Positions 61,629-64,000 of a DNA stretch of 64,000 nucleotides are shown here, one piece after another (the stretch's first letter is position 1; each line of letters starts with the position of its first letter). Where the stretch lies: positions 1 to 64,000 of the forward strand of contig JBHPIO010000001.1 of NCBI GenBank assembly GCA_042568575.1. Direction: 5' to 3'. The notes below the pieces were generated by a model that worked only from the letters and a program-made list of their open reading frames with translations, ran no database searches and was not told the DNA's origin. This stretch comes from Patescibacteria group bacterium (lineage in GTDB: Bacteria > Patescibacteriota > Gracilibacteria > UBA1369 > PNNO01). Made by a program: the position numbers and the translations under genes.

Positions 61629-63815
61629 TTAGCACACTTTCTTTCGAAATCTAAAGTAAAGCTGTGCAATAAAGAATGAAGCTAGTAAAACCCAAAGTGC
61701 TTCAGGTCCCGGATCACCATATACTTTTGTAGTCGGTCCTATTTGCTGAAGGACTGGAGGTTGAGGTTTTTCCGGAGGGACAAATGTTGTCGCCTTAAGG
61801 CTAAATGGAATCGAACTTGTGATGCTGCTTTTGTTGTCACTTTCATTACCAGTATCATCCATTGCAGCAACAGCAAAGAAATATTCGTTTCCGTTTTGTA
61901 AATTTGGAATATACCAAGTTGGAGTGTTATCTATTGTATCTACGATAACGTTTAAGTTTGTTGGAGTAAGTCCATAATAAATTCTGTAATTAACCACTTC
62001 TGAATCATCTGTAGCAGGCTGCCAAGAAAGAGTAATTTTTTGATCCGATGAGTCCGCTTTTAATCCAAATACATCGCTTGGTGCTTCGTCCGCAGGCTCT
62101 TCTTCTACTGGAGGTTCTTCTTCCATTGGTTCTGTCTCGCTTCCTCCGTCGATTGCGCCATCACCGTTTTCTGTTATTTCAAGTGAAGCAATTGCTTCGT
62201 AAGTTCCTTCATTTCCAAGTTCATCAACCAAGATAACGTCGATAGGATATACACCAGCTTCAGCCGGAGCTTGTATTGATGTTAAATAATGACTTGGTTC
62301 TGTTGGATCCTGTTCTAGCTCAGCAATCTCAACATTAAATACAACTGCACCTTGGAATACGCTAGATTCGGTAACTACAACTATATCAATAACATCTCCG
62401 GTTTTAATGTTACTTGCCGGAGAAAAGATAATATCTTCAACTGTCGGAGCAGCTACATCCACTGTGAATGTAACCTCGTCAGATGTTTCTATAATTGTTC
62501 CTCCGCTATCAAGACCCACAACAAATACGGTGTGCTGTCCCGTTTCTAAAATCGAAGGTTGGAATGTAAATGTTTGATCAACATCAGGTGAAGTCGATCC
62601 AATGTTCTGATCGTTATCAAAAACCTGCACAGTTTGAACTGCAACTGGTGCAACACCTGTTATTTCTAATTGATTATCACTATAAGTTCCTGAAGTCGGA
62701 CTTGTAATCGCTAAATCACTTGTTGATCCGCTTGGAGTGCCGCCATCCGGTGGAGTAGTTGAACTAGCTCCAACAACAACTTCAAGCTCGCCTCTAATTG
62801 TAAAGTCGCTTAAGTCTGTTGCTACAACTGTGTATGTTCCTTCTTGAGAAAAGTTTAACGAGTTAACTCCGCTAAATGTGTGAGATCCCGAATCAAGATC
62901 AACGTCAAAAGTGTAATCGTTTGGTAGGGAAGCATAAACACTATTAGAACCTTCTGCAGAGAAATGAACCGTTCCAGCGTAGTTAGGAACTGTGTCTCCT
63001 TCTGAATCGAATGCAGAAAGTGAAAAACTTACATCTGCGTTTGCAGAAATGCTTGAAGGTAAATCATCAAACTCAAGTGTTCCAACTTCTCCTGCTGCAG
63101 CAAATGCAGTAGGGATGAATCCGCCTTTACCGCCTTCGGTATAGGCTACTTCAAGCCTGTAATCTAAAACTGTATTTGAAGTTGTATCTAAGAACGAATA
63201 AATTGAAACTCCGTTTTCTGTTGATGATAATGCGAAAATTAGAGTTCCATCCTCATTTGTATATGTTTTTTCTGAAATTCTTTGTACTTTATCTTCCGAT
63301 CTACTAGGAATTACTTCAAGGATATGTCCTTGAATAGGATTTTCATTGTTATCAGTCAAAGTAACTGTTGCATAAATTTTATCTATACCGTCTGATGATG
63401 CAAGAAGTTTATTTGTTTCTACTGTCGATTTCATTTTAGAAACTTCGTCTGCAAATACTGTCATTGTATGTGATTTTCCATATTCACCATCTTCCAGCTT
63501 TGCCCATAATGTATATAATCCAGCTTGTTTCGTATGATAATCATATAATTCAAATTCTGCGACTCCTGTGTCATCTGAAGTTGCAGGAATAGTTAGATTA
63601 GTTCCGTTTGGTTTCTGTACAGCAAATGTCACATCTTTATTTGGAAGTGTCTTAGAAGATGTAATGTGTGCCGAATAACCTGAAATTGTATCTATCCCGT
63701 ATGCCTCAGGCAAAAATGGCGATGGTGCTACGTTAGAAGTAGCAGCCATTGCTGCATTTGTAGTAAAGAAAGTGAATAATAACGTCAGTATTGTGCTTTT
63801 AATAAGGATTTTCAT
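61629..63815 (-). CDS. Surface protein with Ig-like and fibronectin type III domains and a C-terminal membrane anchor
   Basis: Signal peptide; Big-like VTLTD.N.NPI.G; FN3 ITLSW..ATDD..V.NYRIYY..LQNG.EY.FAV.AMD; terminal TM helix plus RFRKK. Confidence 0.85.
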   Translation of the reverse strand: MKILIKSTILTLLFTFFTTNAAMAATSNVAPSPFLPEAYGIDTISGYSAHITSSKTLPNKDVTFAVQKPNGTNLTIPATSDDTGVAEFELYDYHTKQAGLYTLWAKLEDGEYGKSHTMTVFADEVSKMKSTVETNKLLASSDGIDKIYATVTLTDNNENPIQGHILEVIPSRSEDKVQRISEKTYTNEDGTLIFALSSTENGVSIYSFLDTTSNTVLDYRLEVAYTEGGKGGFIPTAFAAAGEVGTLEFDDLPSSISANADVSFSLSAFDSEGDTVPNYAGTVHFSAEGSNSVYASLPNDYTFDVDLDSGSHTFSGVNSLNFSQEGTYTVVATDLSDFTIRGELEVVVGASSTTPPDGGTPSGSTSDLAITSPTSGTYSDNQLEITGVAPVAVQTVQVFDNDQNIGSTSPDVDQTFTFQPSILETGQHTVFVVGLDSGGTIIETSDEVTFTVDVAAPTVEDIIFSPASNIKTGDVIDIVVVTESSVFQGAVVFNVEIAELEQDPTEPSHYLTSIQAPAEAGVYPIDVILVDELGNEGTYEAIASLEITENGDGAIDGGSETEPMEEEPPVEEEPADEAPSDVFGLKADSSDQKITLSWQPATDDSEVVNYRIYYGLTPTNLNVIVDTIDNTPTWYIPNLQNGNEYFFAVAAMDDTGNESDNKSSITSSIPFSLKATTFVPPEKPQPPVLQQIGPTTKVYGDPGPEALWVLLASFFIAQLYFRFRKKVC

Positions 63816-63941
63816 GCTTGCTTCGTGTTTGTTTTTAAATTCTCTATATTATAGCAAAAAAAGCGCAAACGTACAAGCATCCTTGAGTTTTTTAGCGCAT
63901 TTTGGTAAGATTCCCGTTGAATTTTAATCAAGATAGCTAAT

Positions 63942-64000
63942 ATGGATACAGTTGATTACATCTGGATGAATGGAAAGCATATCCCTTGGGGTGAAGCCAA
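63942..64000 (+). CDS. ilvE: 5' end of a branched-chain amino acid aminotransferase; runs off the window
   Basis: Manual translation MDTVDYIWMNGKHIPWGEA resembles the IlvE N-terminus (YIW.NG....W..A). Confidence 0.7.
   Translation, partial: MDTVDYIWMNGKHIPWGEA

Overview
AT-rich, gene-dense bacterial chromosomal segment using standard code 11 (TGA serves as stop). The gene set suggests a Patescibacteria/CPR organism, probably Peregrinibacteria-like; this is inference from eukaryote-type GlyRS, two CPR-type VirB4/VirD4-like ATPases, sigma70-r4/HARE-HTH proteins, and SLH- and Ig-domain surface proteins. Core genes: ruvB, aspS, dnaE, valS, glyQS, cysS, murC, lepB, tsaE, rlmN, dtd, radC, nadA/nadC, plus partial clp and ilvE genes at the window edges. 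Four tRNAs are present (Arg-TCT, Leu-TAG, Met-CAT, fMet-CAT), and a perfect CIRCE overlaps a consensus promoter of the clp gene. Main observations: (1) an integrase-free, integron-like cassette array at about 51.29-56.06 kb in which two attC-like sites appear split open, with lipoprotein genes sitting between the left and right arms (one gene is bracketed by a perfect 20-bp inverted repeat); (2) a conserved, covarying double-hairpin element just after the CCA ends of two different tRNAs; (3) a self-contained GC-rich gene module with a structured leader, 14-bp inverted repeats linking its 5' and 3' UTRs, and a three-repeat membrane protein; (4) a hemerythrin remnant and a nonsense-interrupted gene that the ORF track misses or truncates.
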